A stretch of DNA of 64,000 nt from an uncultured Gammaproteobacteria bacterium (GTDB lineage: Bacteria > Patescibacteriota > Patescibacteriia > UBA9934). How positions within the stretch are numbered: position 1 is the first letter of the stretch; each line of letters opens with the position of its first letter. A program made the position numbers and the translations under genes. The notes under the pieces were generated by a model that saw nothing but the letters and a program-made list of their open reading frames with translations, was not told where the DNA came from and ran no database searches. The stretch spans positions 64,142-128,141 of the forward strand of contig CAYFMS010000002.1 in assembly GCA_964344415.1 (NCBI GenBank), given 5' to 3'. Shown in pieces: positions 1 to 9,631 of the stretch.

Positions 1-222
1 TCCATTGTGTCTAATTTGCCAGGGGTTAGAACATTAGTTCAGGATGGTGTAACGGGATGGATTGTTGAGCCAGGGTCCATGTCTGATCTCGAGCGATGCA
101 TCGAAGTGGCATTATCGTCAGATCTTAAAAAAATGGGGGAAGCAGCTCGCAGGCGAGCGGTGGATGTATATAGCGAAAGCGATTTAGGAAAAAAACTCAC
201 AAAAATCTACGAATCGCTTTAG
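1..222 (+). CDS. glycosyltransferase family 1 (GT4-type), C-terminal fragment; 5' end lies outside the window
   Basis: ORF runs off the window start. C-terminal GT1-type region ('GVTGWIVEPGS', acidic/Lys-rich tail). Confidence 0.55.
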   Translation, partial: SIVSNLPGVRTLVQDGVTGWIVEPGSMSDLERCIEVALSSDLKKMGEAARRRAVDVYSESDLGKKLTKIYESL

Positions 223-268
223 ACGGCATCCTTGTTGCGTATCTATTCGTCATGTTAAGCTACATTCG

Positions 269-1474
269 ATGAAAATTGGAATCATTACAAATTTATATCC
301 ACCATATGCCCGTGGAGGTGCGGAGAATGTTGTTGTTCGCACTATTGAAGAATTGACGCAGCGTGGTCATGACGTTTTTGTAATTACGGCTATGCCGGCC
401 AGAAAAAAGCGACGCATTGTTCTTTACACGAATGCTGTTGAGCGTATTTATCAATTCTCACCAGGAAACATTTACTTCACGCTTGATGATCATAAATATC
501 ATGCCTTCATCAGATTCTTTTGGCATGTGATTGATGCATTTTCCTTTAAGACACCTTCATATATTCGTGAAATTTTACAAGATGAGCGACCTGATGTGGT
601 TATCACGCATAATTTGAAAGGTATCGGACTTCGCGCAGCTCGAGCCGTTCAATCGCTCGATATTCCGCATGCGCATGTTGTTCATGATTTGCAGCTTATT
701 ATTCCATCAGGGCTAAAATTTGCTGGCCGCGAGCAACCGAATATATTTGTTCGGGCATCTCACAGCGTATACCGATTCTTTACTCGCCATTTAATCGGTA
801 AACCAAATCTCGTGATTTTCCCCTCAAATTATTTGAAAAAAGAATACACGGATTTTGGATTTTTTAAGGAGAGTGATATTCAAATGATGCCAAACCCGGC
901 TCCAGATTTTGCCGTACTGTCTCACAAACAAAGAGGGGATGGACCTTTGAATCTTCTATTCGTTGGACAGCTCGAGGATCATAAAGGGATCAATTTCCTC
1001 CTAGATAGTTTTCAAAATGGTGACTTAAATGCAAATCTGATTATCGCCGGTGAAGGGGCATTAGTTCGCAAGGTAAAGAAAGCAGCGGACAATGATAAAC
1101 GTATTACCTATCTTGGATTCATTGCAATGGATCAGCTATTGAATTGCTTTGAAATTGCGGATGCTCTTGTTGTTCCATCGCTTTGTTATGAGAATTCTCC
1201 AACGGTTATTTATGAAAGTTTACAGGCGGGCATTCCGGTGCTTGCATCGAATATCGGTGGTGTTGGTGAATTGGTTGAGGACAAAAAGAATGGATTTCTT
1301 TTCAGAGCTGGTTCCAAAAAAGACTTTCTAGCTGCCATTCAGAAATTGAAGCAGAAGCGTGAGTATTTTGCATCAAATAGAGATGAGATTCGAAACACGG
1401 TTAATAAACATGCACTTGCAGGTTATACAAGTCGACTTGTTCGCATGCTGCAAGAAATTACGGATAGTAAATAA
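269..1474 (+). CDS. glycosyltransferase family 1 (GT4)
   Basis: 401-aa ORF with a typical GT-B C-terminal donor-binding motif 'ENSPTVIYESLQAGIPVLASNIGGVGELVEDKKNGFLF'. Confidence 0.8.
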   Translation: MKIGIITNLYPPYARGGAENVVVRTIEELTQRGHDVFVITAMPARKKRRIVLYTNAVERIYQFSPGNIYFTLDDHKYHAFIRFFWHVIDAFSFKTPSYIREILQDERPDVVITHNLKGIGLRAARAVQSLDIPHAHVVHDLQLIIPSGLKFAGREQPNIFVRASHSVYRFFTRHLIGKPNLVIFPSNYLKKEYTDFGFFKESDIQMMPNPAPDFAVLSHKQRGDGPLNLLFVGQLEDHKGINFLLDSFQNGDLNANLIIAGEGALVRKVKKAADNDKRITYLGFIAMDQLLNCFEIADALVVPSLCYENSPTVIYESLQAGIPVLASNIGGVGELVEDKKNGFLFRAGSKKDFLAAIQKLKQKREYFASNRDEIRNTVNKHALAGYTSRLVRMLQEITDSK

Positions 1475-3455
1475 ATATTGTGACAGATTCGTCATGCACG
1501 GCAAACCAATCATCGGCATTTTGTTTTGCATCTTCAAAGATTTTATCCGAATTCCACCAATAGTCATTCAAAACAAAGTACAGAGTTTCTGCTCCGGTTA
1601 ATGCATGCGCCTCGTCTATAACTGCCCGACTCGGCGCCTCGTCCACCATACGCAAATACAAATGATACAGTTCACCACCCGTCGGGATAGGGTAGTAAAA
1701 TATATCTCCTGAATAGTATTTTTTAAATCCAAATTCCTGAAGAGCAGCCGCCGAAACAGCCTGGTTCGCAAGAACGGCAATATCGGCATCACCAGCATGC
1801 TCATGAATGGCCCAAACAGCATCAATATCAGCCATGCTCACATTAAAACCGCGCTCGCGCACAAAGCCGTCATCACGAGGATACGCCGTATATGCATTGC
1901 CGGAAAAGAAAATCATGATAAGCAGTAGTATTGGGATCCCGGCTCGATTGATATATTTGGCCGAAAAAAGCTGCGCAATAACTGGAAGGGCAAAGATATG
2001 CATTAAAATAAGCAATCGATTTGTATAATTTAATCGCTCATACTCAACAAGAAAACTGAACTCAATGCTCGTAGACAGTATGTGATAATTCACGGTAAGA
2101 ATTCCAATAAAAATGGCATAGATCATCCAAGTTCTCTTCCTTGTTCGTATGATATGTATGCATCCACAAATGAAGAGGGCTGCAAGAATGAACCATAGAT
2201 TATTTTGGAAGAAGTAAAAAAGGTCGAGCCAAGCATCAAAATGATTTTTGAAATCAATTTGTGCATTTGGGAGCATGAAAAGCTGTTTGAAATTTGTATG
2301 TATTTCCAAATGCGAAAGAGATGCTTGTAATAAGAAAATGGTAGGTATTGATACAGCGCCGGCAAGCGATGTTAATGTGATGAGCGCCGTTGATGCAGCA
2401 TTGCTTTGCAGGCTCGCGAAGCTCAGAAGTGTTAAGAAAATAAGAGCTGGAATACCAGATAGAGGATGGATGATTGCCGAAGTGATGGCTAGCATCCATA
2501 AAATCCAGAGCGGTATATCGCGATGTTCAATGTAGCGGAATGATAAAAATGCTATCGACGCTGCGAAGGCGTAGGAAAGAGCTTGTGGTGTTGTGCTGAT
2601 AAAGGCTCCGATGGGTAGAAGAAATAAAATGAGTAATTTTGCTGAATGTTTGAAGCTCAAAAATACCGACGCAGTCATAATCATCATTCCAAGAATCGGT
2701 ACAAATACTGTGTTAAAAGCCTGAATTGAAATGCCAAAATTGAGTCGAGCAATAAGTTCAATGGCATAATCGCCAATATAATAAAATGGCTTCGGGTCAA
2801 TACTTCCAAAATTCACAATATGTTCCAACGTCGCCTTGTGAATGAATGGATCGAATCCATACCCAATGCTGTATGCTGCCCAAGCAAGTCCTGCTGCAGA
2901 AATGACGGTCAGCCCAGTTAATATGCCCCCAAGAGGACTTTTCTTATAAAGAAGTAATGTACTTGCGCCGGCAGCGAGAGCGATTCCAAGCAAAATGATA
3001 GGGTCAATAAATGACCATGGAGATCTAACCGCATCAGTAATATCAACTTGTAAAATCGTCGCCCACCATGCAGTCAATCCAATAATTCCTACAAGAAATA
3101 CTGCCCAATGCTTTATAACTATGCGTGGAATAGAGAATTTGATAGATGGGGCTTCAAAAAAGAGTGCGGGTAATAGAAGTCCTGCAATAATTAAAAGCAA
3201 TGTCCACGTCGTTACAGGTAGAGTGTAATAGATGATGCTTCCAGCGACAGAAAATGTGCAGACGGTGAACAAAAATCCCAAAATAAGATGATACTTCTTG
3301 AAAAGGGTATGTCCATATGCATATGACATGATGAGCGTGAAAAGGGCAAAAACAAAAAATCCAATCATGTTTATTTGGAAAAATAGAGCATTCGCCAAAC
3401 CGACAAGCGCAGAAAAGACAGCTAATTGTTTTATAAATAATGGTTGAATTCTCAT
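1458..3455 (-). CDS. multi-pass membrane protein, GT-C-fold glycosyltransferase-like (family unassigned), with a C-terminal soluble domain
   Basis: 665 aa with about 12-14 hydrophobic helices over 500 aa, then a roughly 150-aa soluble C-terminal domain ('DYWW' region). Sits in the glycosylation gene neighbourhood. Confidence 0.5.
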   Translation of the reverse strand: MRIQPLFIKQLAVFSALVGLANALFFQINMIGFFVFALFTLIMSYAYGHTLFKKYHLILGFLFTVCTFSVAGSIIYYTLPVTTWTLLLIIAGLLLPALFFEAPSIKFSIPRIVIKHWAVFLVGIIGLTAWWATILQVDITDAVRSPWSFIDPIILLGIALAAGASTLLLYKKSPLGGILTGLTVISAAGLAWAAYSIGYGFDPFIHKATLEHIVNFGSIDPKPFYYIGDYAIELIARLNFGISIQAFNTVFVPILGMMIMTASVFLSFKHSAKLLILFLLPIGAFISTTPQALSYAFAASIAFLSFRYIEHRDIPLWILWMLAITSAIIHPLSGIPALIFLTLLSFASLQSNAASTALITLTSLAGAVSIPTIFLLQASLSHLEIHTNFKQLFMLPNAQIDFKNHFDAWLDLFYFFQNNLWFILAALFICGCIHIIRTRKRTWMIYAIFIGILTVNYHILSTSIEFSFLVEYERLNYTNRLLILMHIFALPVIAQLFSAKYINRAGIPILLLIMIFFSGNAYTAYPRDDGFVRERGFNVSMADIDAVWAIHEHAGDADIAVLANQAVSAAALQEFGFKKYYSGDIFYYPIPTGGELYHLYLRMVDEAPSRAVIDEAHALTGAETLYFVLNDYWWNSDKIFEDAKQNADDWFAVHDESVTIFIYYP

Positions 3456-3479
3456 GTTTTTTGCTATGATATCTACATT

Positions 3480-4052
3480 ATGTCATATAAGCATCTTGAA
3501 AAGCTATTGCCGCATGATTATCTTGTTAGGCCTTTTCTTTTCTTTATTCCAAAATGGGTCAGGCCGAATCATCTTACTGTACTTCGCTTTCTTTTGACAC
3601 CAGTTTGTATTTGGCTATTTGTAATAGGGAATTACAAAGTGGGAATTCCGGTTTTTATTTTTGCATCGCTGACAGATTTGCTCGATGGTTCACTCGCGCG
3701 CATACGCAAACAGGTAACGGCTTGGGGGGTTTTCTATGATCCGGTCGCGGATAAATTACTTATCGCATCGGTTCTGATTGTGGCAGCTATTCAATATTTG
3801 AATATTTGGGTATTACTCGGGCTTATTGTCATGGAGCTTTCAATTTTGATTGGGGGACTTATGCGGAATAAAAAAGAGTTGCCAGCAGCGAATTTATGGG
3901 GTAAATGGAAGATGGTAATGGAATTCGTTGCATTAACCATACTGCTTATTGCAATCGCGACTCAGTTCTTAGCTCTTATTCCTGTCGCGACGGCGCTATT
4001 TATCATCGCCATTCTTCTTGGTGTGATTTCTCTGTTAACATATAGCTTGTGA
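3480..4052 (+). CDS. CDP-alcohol phosphatidyltransferase family protein
   Basis: Motif D-x2-D-G-x2-A-R-x8-G-x3-D-x3-D is present ('DLLDGSLARIRKQVTAWGVFYDPVADKLL'). The protein is multi-TM. The ORF track starts at TTG 3444; the ATG at 3480 is preferred. Confidence 0.75.
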   Translation: MSYKHLEKLLPHDYLVRPFLFFIPKWVRPNHLTVLRFLLTPVCIWLFVIGNYKVGIPVFIFASLTDLLDGSLARIRKQVTAWGVFYDPVADKLLIASVLIVAAIQYLNIWVLLGLIVMELSILIGGLMRNKKELPAANLWGKWKMVMEFVALTILLIAIATQFLALIPVATALFIIAILLGVISLLTYSL

Positions 4053-5632
4053 AAAAGCTTTCAATTTTTCTTCTGATCATCGGGGTGCTCATTTATTTTA
4101 TCTCCACATTGTGGCTTTCTTTTGATGTTCCACTTTTTAATTCTCCCGATGAGAATGCAGCATTTTTTGCAGCGTATTCATTTGCAGAAGGTGATTTGCC
4201 GAGGGTGAAGGAAATGGCGAATTGGGCAGTTGGTGGTGCTATTCATCCACGCAGTATGATTGCGGTAGAGGATTATATTGTGCCGGGGAGTTTCCTTGGT
4301 TTACCGATTTATTTTGGGGCGCTTGGGTCTATATTCGGCGCTTGGGTTCTGAAAATATTGACGCCTCTTCTCTTTATTCTATCCGGTTTAGCATTTTATA
4401 AACTTGTAAGAGTATTCGCCGGATCGAAAGAAATAGCGCTCTATTCGACGATTTTCTATATATGCCATCCGGCCATGTGGTATTACGCTGGCAGGACAAT
4501 GATGCATAATGTTCCATTTATTTCTTTTGCCGTTTTCAGTGCATTCTTTCTCTATGTGAAGCCTATATCGCGCAGATGGATGAATTGGCTTGCGGCCGGG
4601 TGCTTTTTAGGAATATCAATCAGCATGCGCAGTTCTGAAATTATCTGGCTCATTCCTCTCTTCGCCGCTTTTGTGGGTATGCTGATGTGGAGAGATGGAT
4701 GGAGGCATGCGCCAATATTTCTGTTCGGAATTATTCTCGCAATCATCCCAATACTCCTTCACAATCAATCATTGTACGGATCGGTACTTGAAACGGGCTA
4801 TACAATTGACTTCAATTATCCAAGGTTGAACCTTGATGTGGATAACCCCGACTCAAGGTTAAACCTTGATGTGGATAAATCGAGCTTTTTGCCATTTGGA
4901 TTCCATGAAAAGGCAATTCTGCGTCATATTTGGCAATATGGATTTCTGCTTTATCCTTGGATGACCGTCTTTGGTGCAGCTGGGATAGTGATTGCCCTAT
5001 TTAGGCCCAAGAATAAAAAATGGTTTTACTTAGCAATTGCGACACTTTTCGTATCAGCTTGGCTCGCCATTCTCTACGGTAGCTGGGTTATACATGACAA
5101 TCCGGATCCAAATGCGATTACAATAGGAAATTCATACGCGAGATATTGGATTCCAATTTTTACACTTCTTGCGCCATTTGCTGGACTCGCCATTTCCATC
5201 ATGCTCAACCATCTAAAAAAATGGAAGTTATGGGCCGCGTCTGCATGTATGGCATGTATCATTCTTTTATCCAGCTTTGTTGTTTTTGGCGGGGAGGATG
5301 GATTCATTCAAACACGCCAGCGGCTTCTTGCTGAGCAGGAAATGATTGATTCAATTCTTGAAAAAACAGAATCTGATAGCATTATTATCACGGATTTTTC
5401 AGATAAACATCTTTTCCCAGCAAGGCGCATCGTTCATCCACTTCGCGACGAGCATGTTTATGAGAATCTAGGTAATCTATTTAATCAAGCGCCACTTTAT
5501 TATATTGGAATCACATTCCCTGATAGCGATCTAGATTTTTTGAGAGAGAATAGACTGACGCCTCATGGAATAGATATTGAACTTATTGAGCAGTATCATC
5601 ATCAATCTTTATATAAATTCATTGAACAATGA
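4049..5632 (+). CDS. GT-C-fold membrane glycosyltransferase (PMT/ArnT-like, GT39/GT83-type)
   Basis: 527 aa, multi-TM, with a 'SPDENA' acidic motif in the first extracytoplasmic loop after TM1 and a C-terminal soluble domain. Contains the in-frame 33-bp tandem repeat listed below. Confidence 0.6.
   Translation: MKKLSIFLLIIGVLIYFISTLWLSFDVPLFNSPDENAAFFAAYSFAEGDLPRVKEMANWAVGGAIHPRSMIAVEDYIVPGSFLGLPIYFGALGSIFGAWVLKILTPLLFILSGLAFYKLVRVFAGSKEIALYSTIFYICHPAMWYYAGRTMMHNVPFISFAVFSAFFLYVKPISRRWMNWLAAGCFLGISISMRSSEIIWLIPLFAAFVGMLMWRDGWRHAPIFLFGIILAIIPILLHNQSLYGSVLETGYTIDFNYPRLNLDVDNPDSRLNLDVDKSSFLPFGFHEKAILRHIWQYGFLLYPWMTVFGAAGIVIALFRPKNKKWFYLAIATLFVSAWLAILYGSWVIHDNPDPNAITIGNSYARYWIPIFTLLAPFAGLAISIMLNHLKKWKLWAASACMACIILLSSFVVFGGEDGFIQTRQRLLAEQEMIDSILEKTESDSIIITDFSDKHLFPARRIVHPLRDEHVYENLGNLFNQAPLYYIGITFPDSDLDFLRENRLTPHGIDIELIEQYHHQSLYKFIEQ
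4823..4886 (+). repeat. in-frame tandem repeat (about 1.8 copies of a 33-bp unit) inside the GT-C gene, encoding 'RLNLDVDNPDS RLNLDVDKSS'
   Basis: 'aaggttgaaccttgatgtggataaccccgactc' is followed by 'aaggttaaaccttgatgtggataaa'. Each unit carries a 13-bp odd-centred palindrome AAGGTT(G/A)AACCTT. Confidence 0.85.
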
Positions 5633-7059
5633 AAAAGATAGCCATCATTTTGATATACCTGATTCCGATCGCCATACTTTCGTGGTTGTTATTTCTTGAT
5701 ATTCGTCCGGCGGGAATCCTCGAATCTGCAATCAAGCCTGGAGATATATCACCATTCATAGAAACACCTTTACCAAGTAGTCGAGTTGACATGACTGATG
5801 AATTCTTCAGCATCCATGGCGATCCGGTTTATTTTGCAGTTCACAAACCTCAAACGGAATTTGAAACGGTTGAAGTGGAGGTGAAATTTGCAATTGAGAA
5901 CCAGCCCATTTTTGAAATTGGTCCTCAAATGGACATATTTACGGGCGCGGCAGATTTAAAGCCACTATATTTTGAAGGACTGGGCGAGGGGATGTTTGCT
6001 ATTAAAGTGCGAGGAAAAACGCTTTTTACGGATAATCAATATGAATCCATTGATGATTTTCTTGCCGAAAATCCGGATAGGAACGACATCGGTCTTTATA
6101 AAGCGGATTTAAATAATTCTTATCGGGATGAACAGTATCGGTCATTGTCAGGCATAAAAACATATGAAACGGATTTGCGCGGTTCATATAAAATTGCAAC
6201 ATATATCAAAAATGAAGATCTCGATTTTCGATTTGTACTAACGGATATGAATCGAACGATTGGGGTCGATGATATTACGGCGCGACTCTTCGATGAAAAT
6301 GCGCAGCTTCTCGACGAATTTTTCATCGCTGATGATGAAAATGATCGTCAAGATCAAAAAATGTCTCGGCATGATCTTCATATACAAAAGAGTCATTTGC
6401 CGGAGGGGGTTTACTATATTGAACTTATTGTGACGAGTGATATTTTCACTCGTCAAATCGAGACAGCTCAGCGATATATGAGCTTTGTAAATGGATTCAC
6501 GGTTGGGGATACGGTTGGGTATCGTGACGGCGCGAAGCCTGCTCGGCTCTACACGAATTCACATATTTTTACATTTGAAACACTGCATTCCGAGGCTCTA
6601 CAAACCATATCGGTGGATGGTGATACGGTGGACATTGATGCAACGCATGAAAAAATACATCATATCTCGACCTCGAATGACATAAAAAGAGTTGATATTC
6701 CGCTTGGCGACATGAAAGTAACGGTGAATGGAAAAGTATCATTTGATCGGGATTCTTTCTTCGAACCAGATCCTGTGAAATTGGATGCGTATACAAATTG
6801 GAAGAATCTCGCTGGTATTATCACGAGCTATGAAATTCCCAAATCTAACGGAAATTATTTTGTCGCAAGTCAGAAATTTGATTTGGATACGATTCCGTCT
6901 GATGGCGAAGCGATTCGCTTTGTTATATCTGCACCATTTATTGAGAGCTTTGATGGCCGAGTTGATATTCGTCGAATTACGGTGCGCTTTGAAAAAGATA
7001 AGTTGCAATTTGTGGACTTTTGGCGAGAAGTATTACATCGATTACCATTTGGATTATGA
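5629..7059 (+). CDS. hypothetical membrane-anchored extracytoplasmic protein
   Basis: 476 aa with an N-terminal TM helix followed by a large acidic soluble domain. Start overlaps the upstream stop (ATGA); no recognisable domain. Confidence 0.55.
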   Translation: MKKIAIILIYLIPIAILSWLLFLDIRPAGILESAIKPGDISPFIETPLPSSRVDMTDEFFSIHGDPVYFAVHKPQTEFETVEVEVKFAIENQPIFEIGPQMDIFTGAADLKPLYFEGLGEGMFAIKVRGKTLFTDNQYESIDDFLAENPDRNDIGLYKADLNNSYRDEQYRSLSGIKTYETDLRGSYKIATYIKNEDLDFRFVLTDMNRTIGVDDITARLFDENAQLLDEFFIADDENDRQDQKMSRHDLHIQKSHLPEGVYYIELIVTSDIFTRQIETAQRYMSFVNGFTVGDTVGYRDGAKPARLYTNSHIFTFETLHSEALQTISVDGDTVDIDATHEKIHHISTSNDIKRVDIPLGDMKVTVNGKVSFDRDSFFEPDPVKLDAYTNWKNLAGIITSYEIPKSNGNYFVASQKFDLDTIPSDGEAIRFVISAPFIESFDGRVDIRRITVRFEKDKLQFVDFWREVLHRLPFGL

Positions 7060-7382
7060 TATTCAGACATGCAAAACATGCGACGATTCTTCTCTTTTTT
7101 CTGCTTATGACGGCAGAGTTTATGAGGTCGGGATTCGTCGGGAATTATCTTTTATTCGCTCCAATTCTTATCCTCGCATTGATTTTTGGATTGCTAGATC
7201 ATTCAAAAAGCAAGAATATTGCTACTTGGATTAGTGTTTTCTGGCGATGCATTCTTATTTTCTTAGTGATATATGTTTCCCTTGAATTGTCTGACAGGCT
7301 TGGAATTTGGGCTGAGCTACTCGGATTTTCTTCGGCTGCATTGATTTGGTTCACGCCTTCTTTCTTGAAAGAAGATGCATGA
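7056..7382 (+). CDS. small membrane protein (about 3 TM), hypothetical
   Basis: ATGA overlap with the upstream stop, consistent with translational coupling; hydrophobic throughout. Confidence 0.45.
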   Translation: MIFRHAKHATILLFFLLMTAEFMRSGFVGNYLLFAPILILALIFGLLDHSKSKNIATWISVFWRCILIFLVIYVSLELSDRLGIWAELLGFSSAALIWFTPSFLKEDA

Positions 7383-7391
7383 TATAGCAAG

Positions 7392-7805
7392 ATGGTTCAT
7401 ATGGAAGATTGTCTTTTTTGTAAAATAATTCAGGGTGAAGTTCCTTCGCATGCTTTATATGAAGATGAACATACATTTGTATTCCTCGATATCTTCCCGG
7501 TATCGCGGGGCCATATGCTAGTGGTGCCGAGAGAGCATTCGAGGGATTTGACGCATGCATCGCATGAAGCGGCGGGCGCGATAATGGCGACCGTGCACCA
7601 TATTGCTCCAAAAATCATGAAAGCGCTTGGCGCGAGCGGATATAATCTTGGAATGAATCACGGGGAAGACGCTGGGCAAATCATTTGGCATACGCATATG
7701 CATATTATGCCTCGCTATGCAGGCGAGCCTCGAAATTTTGAAAAAACAAAGCCGAGTGATGAAGAGTTGAAAGAAATTGCAGACATTATTCGGCAAGGAT
7801 TATGA
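7392..7805 (+). CDS. HIT (histidine triad) family hydrolase
   Basis: Histidine triad 'HTHMHIMPR' and N-terminal 'CLFCKI' zinc-ribbon-like motif. Confidence 0.85.
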   Translation: MVHMEDCLFCKIIQGEVPSHALYEDEHTFVFLDIFPVSRGHMLVVPREHSRDLTHASHEAAGAIMATVHHIAPKIMKALGASGYNLGMNHGEDAGQIIWHTHMHIMPRYAGEPRNFEKTKPSDEELKEIADIIRQGL

Positions 7806-8344
7806 ATATTATTGAAACGGGAATTGAAGGGCTTTTAGTAATTGAGCTACGTATTTTTGAAGATGATCGAGGCCTCTTTTTTGAAAGTTATAATCAGAAA
7901 CAATTTGAAGAAGCTGGGATTCAAACGAATTTTGTTCAAGATAATCATTCTCAGTCGAAGGCTGGTGTATTACGCGGCTTGCATTATCAATTACCGCCGC
8001 ATGGACTCGTGAAATTAGTACGATGCACGCGCGGACGGATTCTAGATGTCGCTGTTGATGTGCGAAAAGAATCGCCAACATATTTAAAGTGGTTTTCACT
8101 TGAATTATCAGCCGATAATAAAAAACAGCTTTATATTCCCGAAGGATTTCTGCACGGGTTTTATACAATCGAGGATGCTGATGTTCAGTACAAGGTTTCC
8201 GATTTTTATTATCCCGAACTCGACGGGTCAATCCGATTCGACGATGAGCAAATATCCGTAGATTGGGGATATGACGACAAACCCGTACTTTCGGATAAAG
8301 ATACAGCAGCGCCAAATTTAAAAGACGCAAATCTTCCATTTTGA
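7802..8344 (+). CDS. rmlC: dTDP-4-dehydrorhamnose 3,5-epimerase
   Basis: RmlC cupin signature 'DDRGLFFESY...LHYQ...GFLHGFYT'; about 180 aa; 4-nt overlap with rmlD. Confidence 0.9.
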   Translation: MNIIETGIEGLLVIELRIFEDDRGLFFESYNQKQFEEAGIQTNFVQDNHSQSKAGVLRGLHYQLPPHGLVKLVRCTRGRILDVAVDVRKESPTYLKWFSLELSADNKKQLYIPEGFLHGFYTIEDADVQYKVSDFYYPELDGSIRFDDEQISVDWGYDDKPVLSDKDTAAPNLKDANLPF

Positions 8345-8345
8345 T

Positions 8346-9191
8346 ATGAAGGTATTAATTACGGGCGCCCATGGAAATCTCGGGCAGGATTTGATGCAGG
8401 TTTTTGAGCAGGCTGGTCATGAAGTGCTTGCGACAGATAAAGCGGATCTTGACATCACAAATCTTGTGGCAGTTCTCGATTATGTCCAGAATCAGAAGCC
8501 AGACCTGATTATAAATTCGGCTGCATATAATGCTGTCGATAATGTTGAGGATGATGAATACTATCCTCTTGCTTTCTCAATCAATGCTGGTGGGCCGAGG
8601 AATTTAGCAAATGCCGCGAAGCAGGAGAATATTCCTATCATTCATTTCAGCACGGATTATGTTTTTGACGGGGCGAAGAAGGAGGGGTATGCCGAGGATG
8701 ATGCCATGCATCCGATTTCAAAATATGGCCAGACAAAGGCGGCGGGTGAGCGTTTTGTTCGTGAAAGTGGCGCAAAGTACTATATTTGCCGGCTTTCAAA
8801 GATTTTTGGAAAACCCGGTAAGAGCGAGGTGTCTAAAAAGAGCTTTGTTCAGGTGATGCTCGATCTTGCTAAGGAAAAAGAGTATTTGGAAGTCGTTGAT
8901 GAAGAAATTGGAATGCCGACATATACGGCAGACATTGCCGCGGCGGTTTTGAAGCTTACGAGAGGGGATTTCGAGGCAGGTGTATATCATTTGGTAAATG
9001 AAGGTCCGGGAGTAACTTGGTTTGAATTTGCCAAGGAGATTTTTGAAATTGCGCAGGTAGATATTGAAATAAGGCCTGTACCTTCCTATGATCGGCCGGC
9101 TGATCGGCCAAAATTCGCCGAGCTGAAAAATACAAAATTCCCAAAATTACGCTCGCGCAAAGATGCACTGCGAGATTTCCTAAGCTCCTAA
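8346..9191 (+). CDS. rmlD: dTDP-4-dehydrorhamnose reductase
   Basis: N-terminal Rossmann 'MKVLITGAHGNLG', SDR fold, 281 aa, immediately after rmlC. Confidence 0.85.
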   Translation: MKVLITGAHGNLGQDLMQVFEQAGHEVLATDKADLDITNLVAVLDYVQNQKPDLIINSAAYNAVDNVEDDEYYPLAFSINAGGPRNLANAAKQENIPIIHFSTDYVFDGAKKEGYAEDDAMHPISKYGQTKAAGERFVRESGAKYYICRLSKIFGKPGKSEVSKKSFVQVMLDLAKEKEYLEVVDEEIGMPTYTADIAAAVLKLTRGDFEAGVYHLVNEGPGVTWFEFAKEIFEIAQVDIEIRPVPSYDRPADRPKFAELKNTKFPKLRSRKDALRDFLSS

Positions 9192-9225
9192 GTCCGACTT
9201 AAATCAATGGTTTTAAGTCCGATTT
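9189..9225. repeat. pair of AAGTC(C)GACTT palindromes (13-bp TAAGTCCGACTTA and degenerate AAGTCCGATTT), centres 25 bp apart
   Basis: Read directly; same motif and spacing as the pair at 9583-9620. Confidence 0.7.
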
Positions 9226-9235
9226 AGATCATAAA

Positions 9236-9262
9236 TAAAAAAAACTCCCGACGGGCGGGAGT
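9236..9262 (-). terminator. rho-independent terminator for the small minus-strand gene
   Basis: On the minus strand: CTCCCG-CCCGT-CGGGAG hairpin followed by T8. Confidence 0.6.
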
Positions 9263-9286
9263 GTTGAGGGCGATTCGTGTCGAGGA

Positions 9287-9502
9287 CTAGGTTTGTGTCT
9301 TAGCAGGTCCGCATTTGATGACCAGAAGCATGGCGCCGCTCATTGCGTATGCGGAGAGCGCCATGTAAATCAGCGGCATATGCGCAGTAGAGCTTCCGTT
9401 CAGAAAAAAGATGATTGTGAGTAGTTTTCCGACTGCATACAATGCTGCGGCAAATGCGAGGGCGGCGGTTTCCTGCTTTATCACTTCTTCTGGTGTATTC
9501 AT
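9287..9502 (-). CDS. small membrane protein (72 aa, 2 TM), hypothetical
   Basis: Strong RBS AAGGAG 6 nt before the ATG (complement of 9500-9502). Own sigma70-like promoter and own terminator. Flanked on both sides by palindrome pairs. Confidence 0.55.
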   Translation of the reverse strand: MNTPEEVIKQETAALAFAAALYAVGKLLTIIFFLNGSSTAHMPLIYMALSAYAMSGAMLLVIKCGPAKTQT

Positions 9503-9533
9503 GCACGACTCCTTAGCTAAATGTGCTCGATGG

Positions 9534-9562
9534 ATACTAAGACATTTTAACGAAAATGTCAA
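9534..9562 (-). promoter_or_regulatory. sigma70-like promoter TTGACA-N17-TAGTAT for the small membrane protein gene
   Basis: Read on the minus strand; spacing is 17 nt. Confidence 0.45.
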
Positions 9563-9582
9563 TGCTTCGTGCTTGGTAAAAA

Positions 9583-9620
9583 TTAAGTCCGACTTAAAAC
9601 AGCAGATTAAAGTCGGACTT
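9583..9620. promoter_or_regulatory. pair of palindromes TTAAGTCCGACTTAA and AAGTCGGACTT, centres 25 bp apart, just upstream of the -35
   Basis: 15-bp perfect odd-centred palindrome plus an 11-bp palindrome; the position suggests an operator or activator site. Confidence 0.5.
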
Positions 9621-9631
9621 AATTTGTGGAT

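Noticed and set aside
1458-3455. Oligosaccharyltransferase (STT3/AglB/PglB) call for the GT-C protein based on 'DYWW'
   Set aside because: The OST motif is WWDYG with a different context, so only a generic GT-C call is justified.
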